From sequence record MZ443783.1: a stretch of DNA of 64,000 bases; one strand, given 5' to 3'. Below are positions 45,748 through 55,700 of the stretch, piece after piece. Every line of letters starts with the position of its first letter. Positions within the stretch are counted from its first letter, which is position 1. The notes under the pieces were generated by a model, which had not been told where the DNA came from, searched no databases, and saw only the letters and a list, made by a program, of their open reading frames with translations. The translations under genes and the position numbers were made by a program.

Positions 45748-46056
45748 TTATTCTGCGTCTTCTTTCTTTGCTGCCTTAGAAGTCTGCGTGTTAATCAGGT
45801 TCTCAACGGTGAATGCCAAGCTAAAGTAAGTCAGATGGTCAGTCTGTCCTGCTGTCAGCATACCGATGAACATGCCCGTAGACACAAACACTGCGGCGAT
45901 AGACGAGATTGGATTTGAAGTCCAATACTCTTTCCAGTTGAGGCCTTCCCGCTTGGTCTTGACCACATAGTTCATCAAGACTCCGCCGACGTATGAAAGC
46001 AAGAAGGCTACGATTTGAATCGGCGCGAGATTCGTTACTACATCACCCATTTTCAA
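45748..46056 (-). CDS. putative holin
   Basis: 102 aa, 2-3 TM segments, charged C-terminus, upstream of the spanins. Confidence 0.5.
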   Translation of the reverse strand: MKMGDVVTNLAPIQIVAFLLSYVGGVLMNYVVKTKREGLNWKEYWTSNPISSIAAVFVSTGMFIGMLTAGQTDHLTYFSLAFTVENLINTQTSKAAKKEDAE

Positions 46057-46073
46057 TACTCCGTATCGACAAA

Positions 46074-46110
46074 AGAAAGGGAGAGCCGAAGCCCTCCCTA
46101 TGGTTAAAGC
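46074..46110 (-). terminator. intrinsic terminator (- strand)
   Basis: Reverse complement AGGGAGGGC-TTCG-GCTCTCCCT followed by TTCTTTT. Confidence 0.8.
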
Positions 46111-46343
46111 TGATCAGCGGTAATCTGACCGGCCTTATACAGTTCGCGCTTACGCTCTTTCCATGTGGACGTAAGTTCGGAGAAGAACTCTTTCATGCGG
46201 TCATCATCCAGCTCGAAAGGTTGATTCACTTCGTACTTACTGCACAGGTCGTTGAACGTAGTCGCATATTCCTGCTGTAGGAATGATTTTTCTGCGCTAA
46301 CACTGATATATTGCTGCGCCGAGAGTGCTACAGATACTTGCAT
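46104..46343 (-). CDS. small hypothetical protein, possibly a fibre chaperone
   Basis: AGAGG RBS; TAATTTAAGCGAGTCA upstream. Confidence 0.6.
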   Translation of the reverse strand: MQVSVALSAQQYISVSAEKSFLQQEYATTFNDLCSKYEVNQPFELDDDRMKEFFSELTSTWKERKRELYKAGQITADQL

Positions 46344-46377
46344 GATACCATCCTCTTTGTTTGACTCGCTTAAATTA

Positions 46378-46977
46378 TCAAGCGAATTTCAAAACAAGGT
46401 CATTGACGATAACAGCTTTCGACTGGTCTGTAGGCGTTGTGTTGTTGGCGTACACTTTGCCTCCAACCAATCTCAAGTCTGCGTTGGAGTTTTCGTTACC
46501 TACAGAGCACACAGCAACGAACGACGCAGGTACCGAGGTAACACCAGTCTGTACGTTGATCGTCGCACTCGCACCACCGATGACGATACACCAAGTAGGC
46601 GTAGCATCTTTCGTGAAGTAAGAGGCGCGATAGTCAGAGTAGCTGGCACTGATACGCATGTTAAACGCCGAGGCCAACAGCACTGGAACGTTGTTAGCGT
46701 TCGTGGTCATTGCTGCTTTATTGCCAACCACACCGCCGACATAATCAGCAAGTCGTGAAGCGGTCAACAGGCCAGGGTTCATGTACGCTGCGTTCGTACC
46801 GGTAAGCTGAGTACCGTCACCAATCAAGCTGTTAAGTTCTGCTTTGGTTGGCATGGCCCCTGTATAAAACAGAATGGCGTTCGCAACGGCAGTGAAGTTC
46901 GAAGGCGCAGCAGAGTTCACCAGAGAACTGTACGCGTTACGCTGCATTGCGTTTGCAGTTGCAGGAAGCATTTTCAT
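46378..46977 (-). CDS. virion fibre-like paralogue, short form
   Basis: ILFYTGAMP..TPTW..SVGNENSNADLRLVGG..DLVLKF. Confidence 0.65.
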   Translation of the reverse strand: MKMLPATANAMQRNAYSSLVNSAAPSNFTAVANAILFYTGAMPTKAELNSLIGDGTQLTGTNAAYMNPGLLTASRLADYVGGVVGNKAAMTTNANNVPVLLASAFNMRISASYSDYRASYFTKDATPTWCIVIGGASATINVQTGVTSVPASFVAVCSVGNENSNADLRLVGGKVYANNTTPTDQSKAVIVNDLVLKFA

Positions 46978-47888
46978 TACACGCCCTCCAGGAAGTTATC
47001 TGCAATACGAATCGTCAGATCTGGGATAGCCATCTGACCGTACTGACCGATAGAAGGCGTGCCTACCGTAACGTCAGTGCCAATATCCAGCACAAGACCG
47101 TAATAGTCATCCTGTACTTGAGCGAGATAAGCCTGAGTTGTGGACGGGTTCGGTAGAGTCAGCGGCACCAGTACAACATGCGTCAAGGCAGCAACAACGA
47201 AGTCACTGCCTTTCTCTGCATACGGAGTGAAGTACATATCGTTGGTGGTTGCTGTTCCATTCAGGGTGATACGCAGTTTACGCGCAACAATGTCCAGACC
47301 ATCATTGATGCCAGCAACAACGGTGATGCGAGTCCACACAAGCGTCGTAGGATCTTGATACTCCAGACGAACGTTGCCTGCGTTAATGCCAGATACAGAC
47401 GGCACGAAGAACGAACGGAAACGGAGAGTACGCCCGTAGTCATACTCAACAGCATCGTTCGCACTCCAGCCGCTGCCAATATCGCTTGTGATATCAAAAG
47501 CTGCACCCACCATAGACATAATCTGCTGTGGTGTTTTGTTTATGCCAGAAGTAAGCGTGAAGCGGCTGTACTCTGGATAAACTGCGTAGGTCTGAATGCT
47601 CTGGCCCGATGCAGGGTCGAAGACTTTGCGCCCCTGACCATAGCCACCGATTGGTTGCAAACTACGGCCGCGAGAGTACACACGACATAAAGTGTTGTTT
47701 GCATCAGTGGTTTGTTGCTGATAGCGATACTCTACCGCACAGCGACTCGTCGCAACGAGATCGAGAAATGCTTTAGGCACGCTATTGCTGTTACCGTTGC
47801 GGAAGAAGGCCATGAAGCCATTCGTGTTCGCGCCAGTACCCGCAGTCTGAGTGAGCTGATATAGCGCCACTTTTTCAGAGACTAACAT
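46977..47888 (-). CDS. virion fibre-like paralogue with a discoidin-like insert
   Basis: VEYDYGRTL..RLEY..WTRI..RKLRIT; C-terminal IPDLTIRI. Confidence 0.6.
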   Translation of the reverse strand: MLVSEKVALYQLTQTAGTGANTNGFMAFFRNGNSNSVPKAFLDLVATSRCAVEYRYQQQTTDANNTLCRVYSRGRSLQPIGGYGQGRKVFDPASGQSIQTYAVYPEYSRFTLTSGINKTPQQIMSMVGAAFDITSDIGSGWSANDAVEYDYGRTLRFRSFFVPSVSGINAGNVRLEYQDPTTLVWTRITVVAGINDGLDIVARKLRITLNGTATTNDMYFTPYAEKGSDFVVAALTHVVLVPLTLPNPSTTQAYLAQVQDDYYGLVLDIGTDVTVGTPSIGQYGQMAIPDLTIRIADNFLEGV

Positions 47889-47897
47889 AATGCCTCC

Positions 47898-48431
47898 TTA
47901 GTATTTGATACGCAAGTCAGCGATGCGCAGAGGCTGGTTCATGGCAACAGTACCACCAACAATTTTCAGGTCAGCGTTAGAGTTCTCGTCGCCCACAGTA
48001 CCAGTGATGATGACGTAGGCGTTCGAACCAGTAGTGAAGCCTGCAAACGTATCAGCCGCAGAGGCAGTCTGAGCAAGACGCATCATGAACCACGTAGGAG
48101 TACCAGCAGCCGCAATCGTTGCCAAGTTAGCCTGAGCACTGAGCGGAATTTGCATGATATTGTTGTCCATGTCCATAACGATAGGCACAACGCCACACAT
48201 CACATCGCCAAGGAAATTCGCAGCAGTGGCAAACGCACTGATTGCCGATGCAGACCATGGCGCCGTAGTGGAAGCGGTGGTGATCATCGCACTCAACTGA
48301 GCGTCGGTCGGAGGTGTACCAGAAAACAGACCAACGTGAATCGTGTTGACGGCAGTGTTGCTGTTTGGAGGCATACGTTGGTTTAATGCAGCCATAGCCA
48401 TGAATGAGTTGTATGCTTTAGATATGCGCAT
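47898..48431 (-). CDS. virion fibre-like paralogue, short form
   Basis: Start MRISKAY at 48431; GLFSGTPP..GTPTWF..GTVGDENSNADLKIVGG..IADLRIKY. Confidence 0.65.
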   Translation of the reverse strand: MRISKAYNSFMAMAALNQRMPPNSNTAVNTIHVGLFSGTPPTDAQLSAMITTASTTAPWSASAISAFATAANFLGDVMCGVVPIVMDMDNNIMQIPLSAQANLATIAAAGTPTWFMMRLAQTASAADTFAGFTTGSNAYVIITGTVGDENSNADLKIVGGTVAMNQPLRIADLRIKY

Positions 48432-48432
48432 A

Positions 48433-49491
48433 TTAGTATGTCTCCAGTGAAATAGGCGTATAGGACACAGTGAACGAACCGACAGTTTGTTCCTGCCCTG
48501 GGTACGCTGTAGCATCCGCGATCAACAGGTCATAGCTTGAAGCCTGTTTCACATCATCCGTAATTGTCAGACCATAGTGAGGGAACCAACGACCATAGCT
48601 GTTCACGTTCATCGCCTGTGACATGGCTGGTATGCCATATGCAGTACCGAAACCGTGTGGGAACATGACAACGTGCTGCACTTTGCCTAAGGTGCGAGGC
48701 GCGGAGCCTGCTGCATAGTCACCGTAGAAGTGCAGAGCAAACGTACCAACACCGATGAAGAATGGGTTTGTTGCAGCCTTAGACACAATGCGGAAGCGAC
48801 GACCCTGAACGGTTGCAGGAAGCTGATAATACTTCTCAAAGTTACCAGAAGTCTGGAACAGGTTGGTGACTAGATTGGTCACATCCACCCATGAACTACC
48901 TTGCTGCACCTGCAAGAATAGCAAGTTAGCTGATGTATTGGCGAACAGGTTATTGTTCGCTGTAGTCTGTGTGATACTGGTCAGAGCGTTAATGACCACA
49001 TCGGCACCGAAGTCGTACTCGGCTAAAGTCCATGAACCTTCAGCGTTCTTGTTCTTAACGGTAGGAACGGAGGCACCTGAATTCGGGGCTGTACATGGCA
49101 TCTGAATTGCGGAGGTTGTTGATGCACAACGATGCCACAAAATAGTAGCGAACAGCATGTCCAGTTGATACTGCGCACTTGCGATCCCGGTATCAACAAG
49201 GTCTTGATACACAGTGCTGTAGCTGGCGAACGTTACTTTAGGCAAAACACGTTTTCCGCGATAGCCCTGAACCGTTGTCCAAGCAGGAGCGGGAGAAGAT
49301 TGCAGGCTAGTGGTGTTAGGAACCAGCGAGTGCTGCCCACCGCCAATCTGAGTCTGAATAAACGCACGACCACTGAGCATGTTGTTCAGAACGGTCTGCA
49401 TGTCGTAGTTCAAAGGGTTAGGAAGATTCCCTTCCATGAAAGCACCGTACATTACGGTAGGTGTATTTTGATAAATCGGTAGAATTTTCAT
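48433..49491 (-). CDS. virion fibre-like paralogue with a discoidin (F5/8-C)-like insert
   Basis: AEYDFGADV..LQVQQGSSWVDV..YQLPATVQGRRFRIV. Confidence 0.65.
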   Translation of the reverse strand: MKILPIYQNTPTVMYGAFMEGNLPNPLNYDMQTVLNNMLSGRAFIQTQIGGGQHSLVPNTTSLQSSPAPAWTTVQGYRGKRVLPKVTFASYSTVYQDLVDTGIASAQYQLDMLFATILWHRCASTTSAIQMPCTAPNSGASVPTVKNKNAEGSWTLAEYDFGADVVINALTSITQTTANNNLFANTSANLLFLQVQQGSSWVDVTNLVTNLFQTSGNFEKYYQLPATVQGRRFRIVSKAATNPFFIGVGTFALHFYGDYAAGSAPRTLGKVQHVVMFPHGFGTAYGIPAMSQAMNVNSYGRWFPHYGLTITDDVKQASSYDLLIADATAYPGQEQTVGSFTVSYTPISLETY

Positions 49492-49560
49492 ATCATGCCC
49501 TTGGTTTAAAGACAGTTCAAATTAATGAAGTGACGCCCACACTAGGACGTCACCCAAGAA

Positions 49561-50076
49561 CTACAGTTGGAGCGTCAGGTCGAGGAAGCGGTATGCTTGC
49601 CCGCTCTTAATCTGTCCACCAATAAACTGGAGTTCTGCATCAGAGCCTTGAGCACCAACAGTGCCTAGCCACACAGGTCCTGTAATACCAGAGCTGTAGT
49701 TGAAGCCTGCCCACGTGGCTGTAGCATTTGCTGGACAGATACGTGCGATGTAGTATGTAGGCGTACCGTCAGCAGCACCAGTAAGTGTACTTGCCATACC
49801 ACCTAGAGGCAGTGTGAGAGTGCGAGCCAATGCGTTAGGTTGAGGCGTCATTGCAGAACAAGCAACAGAACCTAAGAAGTCCGCCTGAACGGCACCCAGC
49901 GTAGTCAGAATGGTCTGGAAGTTCAGACTCGCTGTGCCTGCAATAAGGTCAAGCGCTTTACTCAACTGAGGGCGAGTGCCTTTGAACAGACCGATATGCA
50001 GCGTGTTCACTGCAATAGCCGATGCAGGAAATGCAGCACCTAATGCAACAAGTGATGCAGCTTTATTGTTAATCAT
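49561..50076 (-). CDS. virion fibre-like paralogue, short form
   Basis: GLFKGTRP..DGTPTYY..GTVGAQGSDAELQFIGG..FLDLTLQL. Confidence 0.65.
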   Translation of the reverse strand: MINNKAASLVALGAAFPASAIAVNTLHIGLFKGTRPQLSKALDLIAGTASLNFQTILTTLGAVQADFLGSVACSAMTPQPNALARTLTLPLGGMASTLTGAADGTPTYYIARICPANATATWAGFNYSSGITGPVWLGTVGAQGSDAELQFIGGQIKSGQAYRFLDLTLQL

Positions 50077-51152
50077 ACGCCTCTCCCTACTGCTGGCGAT
50101 AGCTTGGTGCGGAATGACGGTACATTGATAACGCCGAATGCCGTGTTGTAGCTCGCATCCTGCATGACGATATCATAGTTCGCAGCCTGCTTAATATCAT
50201 CAGTCACAGTAACGTGCAACATAGAACAGTAACGACTTTGGACAAGCGTAGGAACAACTGGTGCATTGAATGCCCAGGTTGTGCTCTGCGAGTAAGCAGC
50301 ACCTGCCTGCAATTGCAGCACCGTCATGTGTTTGAACTTGCCGAGTGTGCGTGGCTTCTGCCCTGTATACGTGGCGTAGAACTGCAAGCCAAACGGATAG
50401 TGCCCGAGAGTAGACCACGGCCATGACGTTGCTTTGTTCACGATACGGAACTTCTGCGCTTTAACCTTAGTAGGAAGTTCATACGTCACTACTTGGTTGT
50501 TCGTCACAGTACGCAGGTTGTCGTAGGTATGAATCACGTCAACCCATGCGCCGTTCACTTCTGCCTGCAAGTAAGTCTGGTTGGTACCCAGCAGCATCAG
50601 ACTTGAAACAGTAGAACCCATAGAATAACCTGCGAGAGCACCGAGTTCGATTTCGGCACCGAAGTCATACTCCGCACACAGATACCAGTTCTCTGCCGTC
50701 AGGCTATAGGCAGGACTCAGGTTGTTCGCAATACCAGACAGGAAGATATCTGACGTATTGTAGATGCGGTGTGCAAGCAAACAGGCAGCAACCGCTTCGA
50801 GATACGTGTTAACCGTGCTGGCGAAGCGCGGGTCAACTGACGGCAACTTGATCTTAGGAACGATGCGCGTCTTTGTGGAGAACGCAGGGCCGTAACCGTA
50901 AGTAGCGCCCGTGTATTCAATCCATGCAGGAAGAAAGTGCGAAGTATCGAGAGTCGAGATCGCATATGGCGTATACTGCCAACGACCAGGCGCTGTACCT
51001 TGCAGTGTGCGCACAAACAAACGCATAGCAATAGCGTCGTTGATAGCAGAGTGCAAAGTCTTCTCACCGTTTGCAGGAGCGTCCGTGTCATGCAGGAGCC
51101 CCAAACAGATTGCGGAAGACTGGCTCAACACTTGATAAGGAAAGAGTTCCAT
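50073..51152 (-). CDS. virion fibre-like paralogue with a discoidin-like insert
   Basis: Start MELFPYQ; AEYDFGAEI..LQAEVNGAWVDV..YELPTKVKAQKFRIV. Confidence 0.65.
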   Translation of the reverse strand: MELFPYQVLSQSSAICLGLLHDTDAPANGEKTLHSAINDAIAMRLFVRTLQGTAPGRWQYTPYAISTLDTSHFLPAWIEYTGATYGYGPAFSTKTRIVPKIKLPSVDPRFASTVNTYLEAVAACLLAHRIYNTSDIFLSGIANNLSPAYSLTAENWYLCAEYDFGAEIELGALAGYSMGSTVSSLMLLGTNQTYLQAEVNGAWVDVIHTYDNLRTVTNNQVVTYELPTKVKAQKFRIVNKATSWPWSTLGHYPFGLQFYATYTGQKPRTLGKFKHMTVLQLQAGAAYSQSTTWAFNAPVVPTLVQSRYCSMLHVTVTDDIKQAANYDIVMQDASYNTAFGVINVPSFRTKLSPAVGRGV

Positions 51153-51153
51153 G

Positions 51154-51732
51154 TTAGCTCCATGTGATATTGTTGAGACTGATAGTGCCGTTAAGGTTAA
51201 ACGTGCCATCACCGTTATCAGTCAAAGGAGCGCCCATAGCAATCAGGTCCTGAGGCGTTAGCTCAATCACCGACGCAATGGAAACAGTACCAGCAGCAAT
51301 GGCTGTCGCTGTAGTGCCGAGCAGAATATACATGCGGTTGAATGCTTTTGCATAGCTGAAACGACCGAGCAGATTCAACGTATCAAACATACGCTTGCCG
51401 TTACCCAGATTGACGATACGGATATTACCTGTAGAGATTGGAGCAGTGTCCATCACACAACCAGGCAGGTTCGCAGTCAAATATGTGCGTAGCGTGTTCA
51501 GGCTGAAAACAGCCAATAGCTGGTTGTTCCAGATCGTGTCCGTGATGATATCGCCGGTGGAGAACACGATAGCAGCCGGGCGTTCGGTACTGATAGTTGT
51601 GCCAGCCCCTTGAAGATTGCCAGCATTAGCGGAAGCCATTGTGCTGGCCATCCACGGTAGCTCAACGCCTGGGTTAGTCGTAGAGCCGAGCGATTCACCA
51701 CGCATGTTGAGCATAGCTTTTGAGATATACAT
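51154..51732 (-). CDS. virion fibre-like paralogue, short and divergent
   Basis: MYISKAM start like 47898; AIVFSTG; coupled. Confidence 0.55.
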   Translation of the reverse strand: MYISKAMLNMRGESLGSTTNPGVELPWMASTMASANAGNLQGAGTTISTERPAAIVFSTGDIITDTIWNNQLLAVFSLNTLRTYLTANLPGCVMDTAPISTGNIRIVNLGNGKRMFDTLNLLGRFSYAKAFNRMYILLGTTATAIAAGTVSIASVIELTPQDLIAMGAPLTDNGDGTFNLNGTISLNNITWS

Positions 51733-52637
51733 CAGTTGCTCCTCTGAGTGAAACGCAACTTAGGACAGTACATGATCGTCTTCTGTAGCGGGATGATATC
51801 GCCTACGATCTTGAATGGTCCCTGAGAACCCACAGCGTCCGCACAGTACATGATCTCATCCGAGTAATCAGTATCACCGTGAGTCAGCGTGTTGCAGTGA
51901 GCAAGCGCGGCCCATGTAGGAACAGTTGTTGGGCTGGACGAAGGCACATCGACAGAGGACAGCAAGATACGCATCATGCTACCGACAGTCGTGCTGGTGG
52001 ACTTGAAACGATACTTCTTGGACGCTCTCGGCGAGGACAGAGCCAACACAGTTGCATCACCAGTAATAGCGGTTGCAGTGCCTAACGTAGTTTCAGTCAG
52101 ACCGTCATCGGATAACGCGACTAACTGGAATCCATCAGACACGGTGCCATTGAACTTCAAGTGCGTCACAGTCATAGGGCTGTCGAACTCAACGTCAACG
52201 CTCTGGCCGCCAAATCGCGCAGCAGGAACCAGCGTACTACCAGAACCTACAACTAACCCGATGCTACGATCAGTGAAGCCTGAACGAGTAATACGATGAG
52301 GCAGAAGCTGATAAACCACAGTATTAGCGCTGCCAACGGTCCCATAGTATGATGCCCCTTTAGGAATATACTGAGACTGTAAGGCAAGAGTGAGAACGTT
52401 CCCAGACTCCACACCGCTAATCGGATTACGAATCATACCAATAGAGGTATTATACATGTCAGCGAGTGACTTGTTATTGAAGGCGGCATCAAAGCCTTCT
52501 TTCGACGTAGGCAGTTTGCCACTGAATGCGAAGATGTTCCACCCAGCACCGATATTCGGGTCGTTTACCAGTGCTGCGGTATTCGCGTTAGTGCCCATCA
52601 TTGCCTGCGCCATGATGCGGTTATTAATAATCTTCAT
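51732..52637 (-). CDS. virion fibre-like paralogue with a discoidin-like insert
   Basis: IFAFSGKLP; VDVEFDSPMTVTHL..SKKYRFK; VPTWAAL; AVGSQG. Confidence 0.6.
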   Translation of the reverse strand: MKIINNRIMAQAMMGTNANTAALVNDPNIGAGWNIFAFSGKLPTSKEGFDAAFNNKSLADMYNTSIGMIRNPISGVESGNVLTLALQSQYIPKGASYYGTVGSANTVVYQLLPHRITRSGFTDRSIGLVVGSGSTLVPAARFGGQSVDVEFDSPMTVTHLKFNGTVSDGFQLVALSDDGLTETTLGTATAITGDATVLALSSPRASKKYRFKSTSTTVGSMMRILLSSVDVPSSSPTTVPTWAALAHCNTLTHGDTDYSDEIMYCADAVGSQGPFKIVGDIIPLQKTIMYCPKLRFTQRSN

Positions 52638-53092
52638 TAGCTCACCACCGGCACAGCAGATTTGTTGTTCGCTTTAGTGTCAGACAGGTCAAGCGCACCA
52701 ACAGTTACACGGAAGACGATGTTATCAAACAGCGGATCAATCGACTGCGTTGTAGCGAACTGGCCGCTAACGAGAGGCACGTCGATACGAGGTGCAGCCA
52801 GGTTAGACGTGAAGCTACGCGCCATAAACTTACTGACTACCTGACCAACAACGAGGCCCACCAGCGCGATTTGATCGATGCTTGAAATTTGAGTGCGTTG
52901 AATCCAGGACAAGCGACCTTGCGTATATGCAACTTGTGCAACGTCCGCAATCTGCTTGGCGTTGATAGCCGAGACAGATTCGTTTGTCACACGCTTCTGG
53001 GGCTGCGAGTCAGAACTAACTTCAATCTGAGACATAACGAACACGAAGTCCGCAAACATGTCCGGGTCATACGTTACGACTGGTACGAACAT
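52637..53092 (-). CDS. probable virion protein, short form
   Basis: C-terminal VTVGALD; coupled within the array. Confidence 0.5.
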   Translation of the reverse strand: MFVPVVTYDPDMFADFVFVMSQIEVSSDSQPQKRVTNESVSAINAKQIADVAQVAYTQGRLSWIQRTQISSIDQIALVGLVVGQVVSKFMARSFTSNLAAPRIDVPLVSGQFATTQSIDPLFDNIVFRVTVGALDLSDTKANNKSAVPVVS

Positions 53093-53094
53093 GA

Positions 53095-54186
53095 TTAGGC
53101 TCCTTGTCTCACGCGGTAGTTGTTGATGATTGGCGTGTACGCCACATTGGCCTGTGCTCCGTAACCGCCCTGAATGGAAATGCTTGTGGCAACAGGCTTA
53201 ACGATAGTGTAGGTGAATTGATCCACCTGCTGATCGTCAATGTACACTGTATGTGTTGACGTTGCTGCATCGTACACATACTTGATATGCACAACACTAC
53301 CACTCCATAAGGCTGCGAACGGTGAAATAGGTCGCGTGACTTTTGGAGGAGTACCGCCTCCAGCGGAGTTGTTCCAGATAAGCAGGCCTTTCTCATTCGA
53401 ACGGTCAAAGGCGATTGTCAAACGGTTGGCAGTCGATGCCCAGAGACTGAACAGAGACCATTCAGCATAGTCAGAATTGCCTGACTGATGGTAATCACAT
53501 TCGATTGTGAATGACTTGCTGCAATCGAATCCCGTGGCGGTGGCGGTGGTGACAACCCCGGTCGTTCCAAGATCGAGGCCTGAACCGTCTGCTGCAAGTT
53601 TCGTGTTACCCGTCACGGTAAACGCGTTGCCTACGAGGTCAGTGAATGCGCCTGTGTTAGCAGTGCTTGACGTGATCGCAATAGACTCTGAACCTGTCAG
53701 CCAAGTAATGCCTTCGCTCTCTGTCCACATCCGAGTCAGACCGATAGTGAATGCGTTGATCGTTACCTGAGTCTTATAACCATTCGGGTCATAGCGGACA
53801 ACAAGGTCAGGGTAGAGCAGAGTAACGTCTGGCCCAACCTGTAAGCACACTGGCAAGATGCCACCGAGAATAAGGTGAGTAGGAACGCCTTCGGCAGTAG
53901 CGGTCAACTGGCAATCAGAAATAGACAGCTTAGTGCGATCGATAGTACGAACGCAGTTAGTGCCTTTCGCCAGCACGGTGCAGATGCCGCTAGACGCAGC
54001 AAGCGCAGCATCGAACATGTAACCCGCACCAGTCTGAGGCTGATAATTAAGGCATTTGTTCAGGTCAGCCTCAACGAATCCGCTATTCAGTTTCACCAGA
54101 TAGCAGGACTTATCGTCTGCCGTTGCCTGAGCGAATAGACGCGTCAACTGAGGCACGACAGAGTTTGCAAATAACTTGTAGTTCAT
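53095..54186 (-). CDS. fibre-like protein with a C-terminal LamG/concanavalin-A-like domain
   Basis: Start MNYKLF; ATAEGVPTH scaffold; FTIECDY..VHIKYVYD..TVYIDDQQV..INNYRV. Confidence 0.65.
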   Translation of the reverse strand: MNYKLFANSVVPQLTRLFAQATADDKSCYLVKLNSGFVEADLNKCLNYQPQTGAGYMFDAALAASSGICTVLAKGTNCVRTIDRTKLSISDCQLTATAEGVPTHLILGGILPVCLQVGPDVTLLYPDLVVRYDPNGYKTQVTINAFTIGLTRMWTESEGITWLTGSESIAITSSTANTGAFTDLVGNAFTVTGNTKLAADGSGLDLGTTGVVTTATATGFDCSKSFTIECDYHQSGNSDYAEWSLFSLWASTANRLTIAFDRSNEKGLLIWNNSAGGGTPPKVTRPISPFAALWSGSVVHIKYVYDAATSTHTVYIDDQQVDQFTYTIVKPVATSISIQGGYGAQANVAYTPIINNYRVRQGA

Positions 54187-54187
54187 G

Positions 54188-55144
54188 TTATACCTCGGTG
54201 GACAGACGAAGCTGGGCGACAGAAGCGAACTCACCAGGACCGAGAGCCGTAGCTAACAGTTCGATTGGCTTGCCGCTACCGATAGCCCCTACTTCACAGG
54301 CGAAGTAAGTTGGCACATAGTTACCATTTGCCAGAGCACCGTAGTTGGTGTCCTGAATGACAACGATTGCACTGCGCATTGTTTTGTATGCTGCGTTTCT
54401 GCCTACGTCGGATGCAGTTACAGGAAGCACTCGGCGCGTACCAGAAGTTTGAATGAAACGGAAGCGCTTAGACGACTCGGTAGGAGTGGCCAGCACGTTA
54501 CCTTCTTGGTTAGCAGCAAGAGTCCATGCGCGAGCAGTACCGACGACACCAGCACCATCAATAGGGGCAACAGTACCTGCCGCAGCAGAAGTCATATCAC
54601 CAACGTCAGACAGCACAGCGTCGATAGTGACTTCATTATCGAAGGTCAGGTCAGTAGTTGACAGATGAATACCTGGCATGAGTGCATCATGAGGAATCCC
54701 TGCATAGTCCCACGGTCTGTACCCAGCAGCACCGATACCCCACAGCGCTTTGTTGCCTGCGTCATTACTGGTGTTATACGCTGTCTGAATCTGAACCGAA
54801 GCCGCACCGTTATAACCGACAGGAGTTGCTTTAGATGGATAGTGAACAGTCGCTCCGTTCTTAATCTCATATACATGACCAGAACGTGCTTTCCACCCTT
54901 CTTGACGATCCATAAGAGGCAGCAGACCTTCGGTGGTTGGCCACAGAGTCAAACGAGTAACCGCAACAGCATTGTCGAACAGTTTTCGCATGTCCAGCAG
55001 ATGCTGAGAGAAATCGCCTTGATCAGCAATCGCTGTGTCAAAGAAGAACACGTTAACAGTCTGACCGTTTGCTACGTTCGATGCCCAACCAGAGCCTTGG
55101 CTGAGTACACTGAACGGCAGTAAGTTGTGTCCTAAGATACGCAT
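54188..55144 (-). CDS. virion fibre-like paralogue with a discoidin-like insert
   Basis: VFFFD; LTFDNEVTID..SKRFRF; EVGAIGSG. Confidence 0.6.
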   Translation of the reverse strand: MRILGHNLLPFSVLSQGSGWASNVANGQTVNVFFFDTAIADQGDFSQHLLDMRKLFDNAVAVTRLTLWPTTEGLLPLMDRQEGWKARSGHVYEIKNGATVHYPSKATPVGYNGAASVQIQTAYNTSNDAGNKALWGIGAAGYRPWDYAGIPHDALMPGIHLSTTDLTFDNEVTIDAVLSDVGDMTSAAAGTVAPIDGAGVVGTARAWTLAANQEGNVLATPTESSKRFRFIQTSGTRRVLPVTASDVGRNAAYKTMRSAIVVIQDTNYGALANGNYVPTYFACEVGAIGSGKPIELLATALGPGEFASVAQLRLSTEV

Positions 55145-55641
55145 TAGAACTCCTTAGAATCTTTGACAACGGTAGCGAGGAACTTACCGTTACGCAGGTT
55201 AGCTGAGGTCAGAATCAAGTCTGCACCAGAGCCAGCAGCGCCGATAGTTAGAATCAGGAAGCCGCCGTACGGAGTGCTTGCGATATCTTTGTTGAAGACA
55301 ATCACGTTGTACGTGCTCAACAGAGTTGTTATATCACCCGCAAAAGTACCTTGCAGCGTAGCAGCCAGGCGGAACTTGTACTTGTTATCTTGACCATGAA
55401 TCCAACGCACAGGGTTTGTGCTAACTGAGGTCAAGTCGAGGACAGCAGTTGCACCAATAGCAGTCTGAACCGTGGTACCGTCAGCAACGACGATGTTTGC
55501 GGGGTCAGGTACTTTGGCTAAACAGATTGTCTTCTGCATGTTAGACAGGCCGTACTTCAATGGCGGATCAGAAGCAGGACGTTTTCCCGCATCTGGAATC
55601 GTAATGCCATTGGCAACCAACGGGAAAGAAACTATTTCCAT
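55144..55641 (-). CDS. virion fibre-like paralogue, short form
   Basis: LTIGAAGSGADLILTSANL; TAATTT 34 nt upstream. Confidence 0.6.
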   Translation of the reverse strand: MEIVSFPLVANGITIPDAGKRPASDPPLKYGLSNMQKTICLAKVPDPANIVVADGTTVQTAIGATAVLDLTSVSTNPVRWIHGQDNKYKFRLAATLQGTFAGDITTLLSTYNVIVFNKDIASTPYGGFLILTIGAAGSGADLILTSANLRNGKFLATVVKDSKEF

Positions 55642-55700
55642 TATGATATCTCCAGGTTGTTTCGAGAATAAATTACTGACAACAAAGGTTCACGTAGGAC

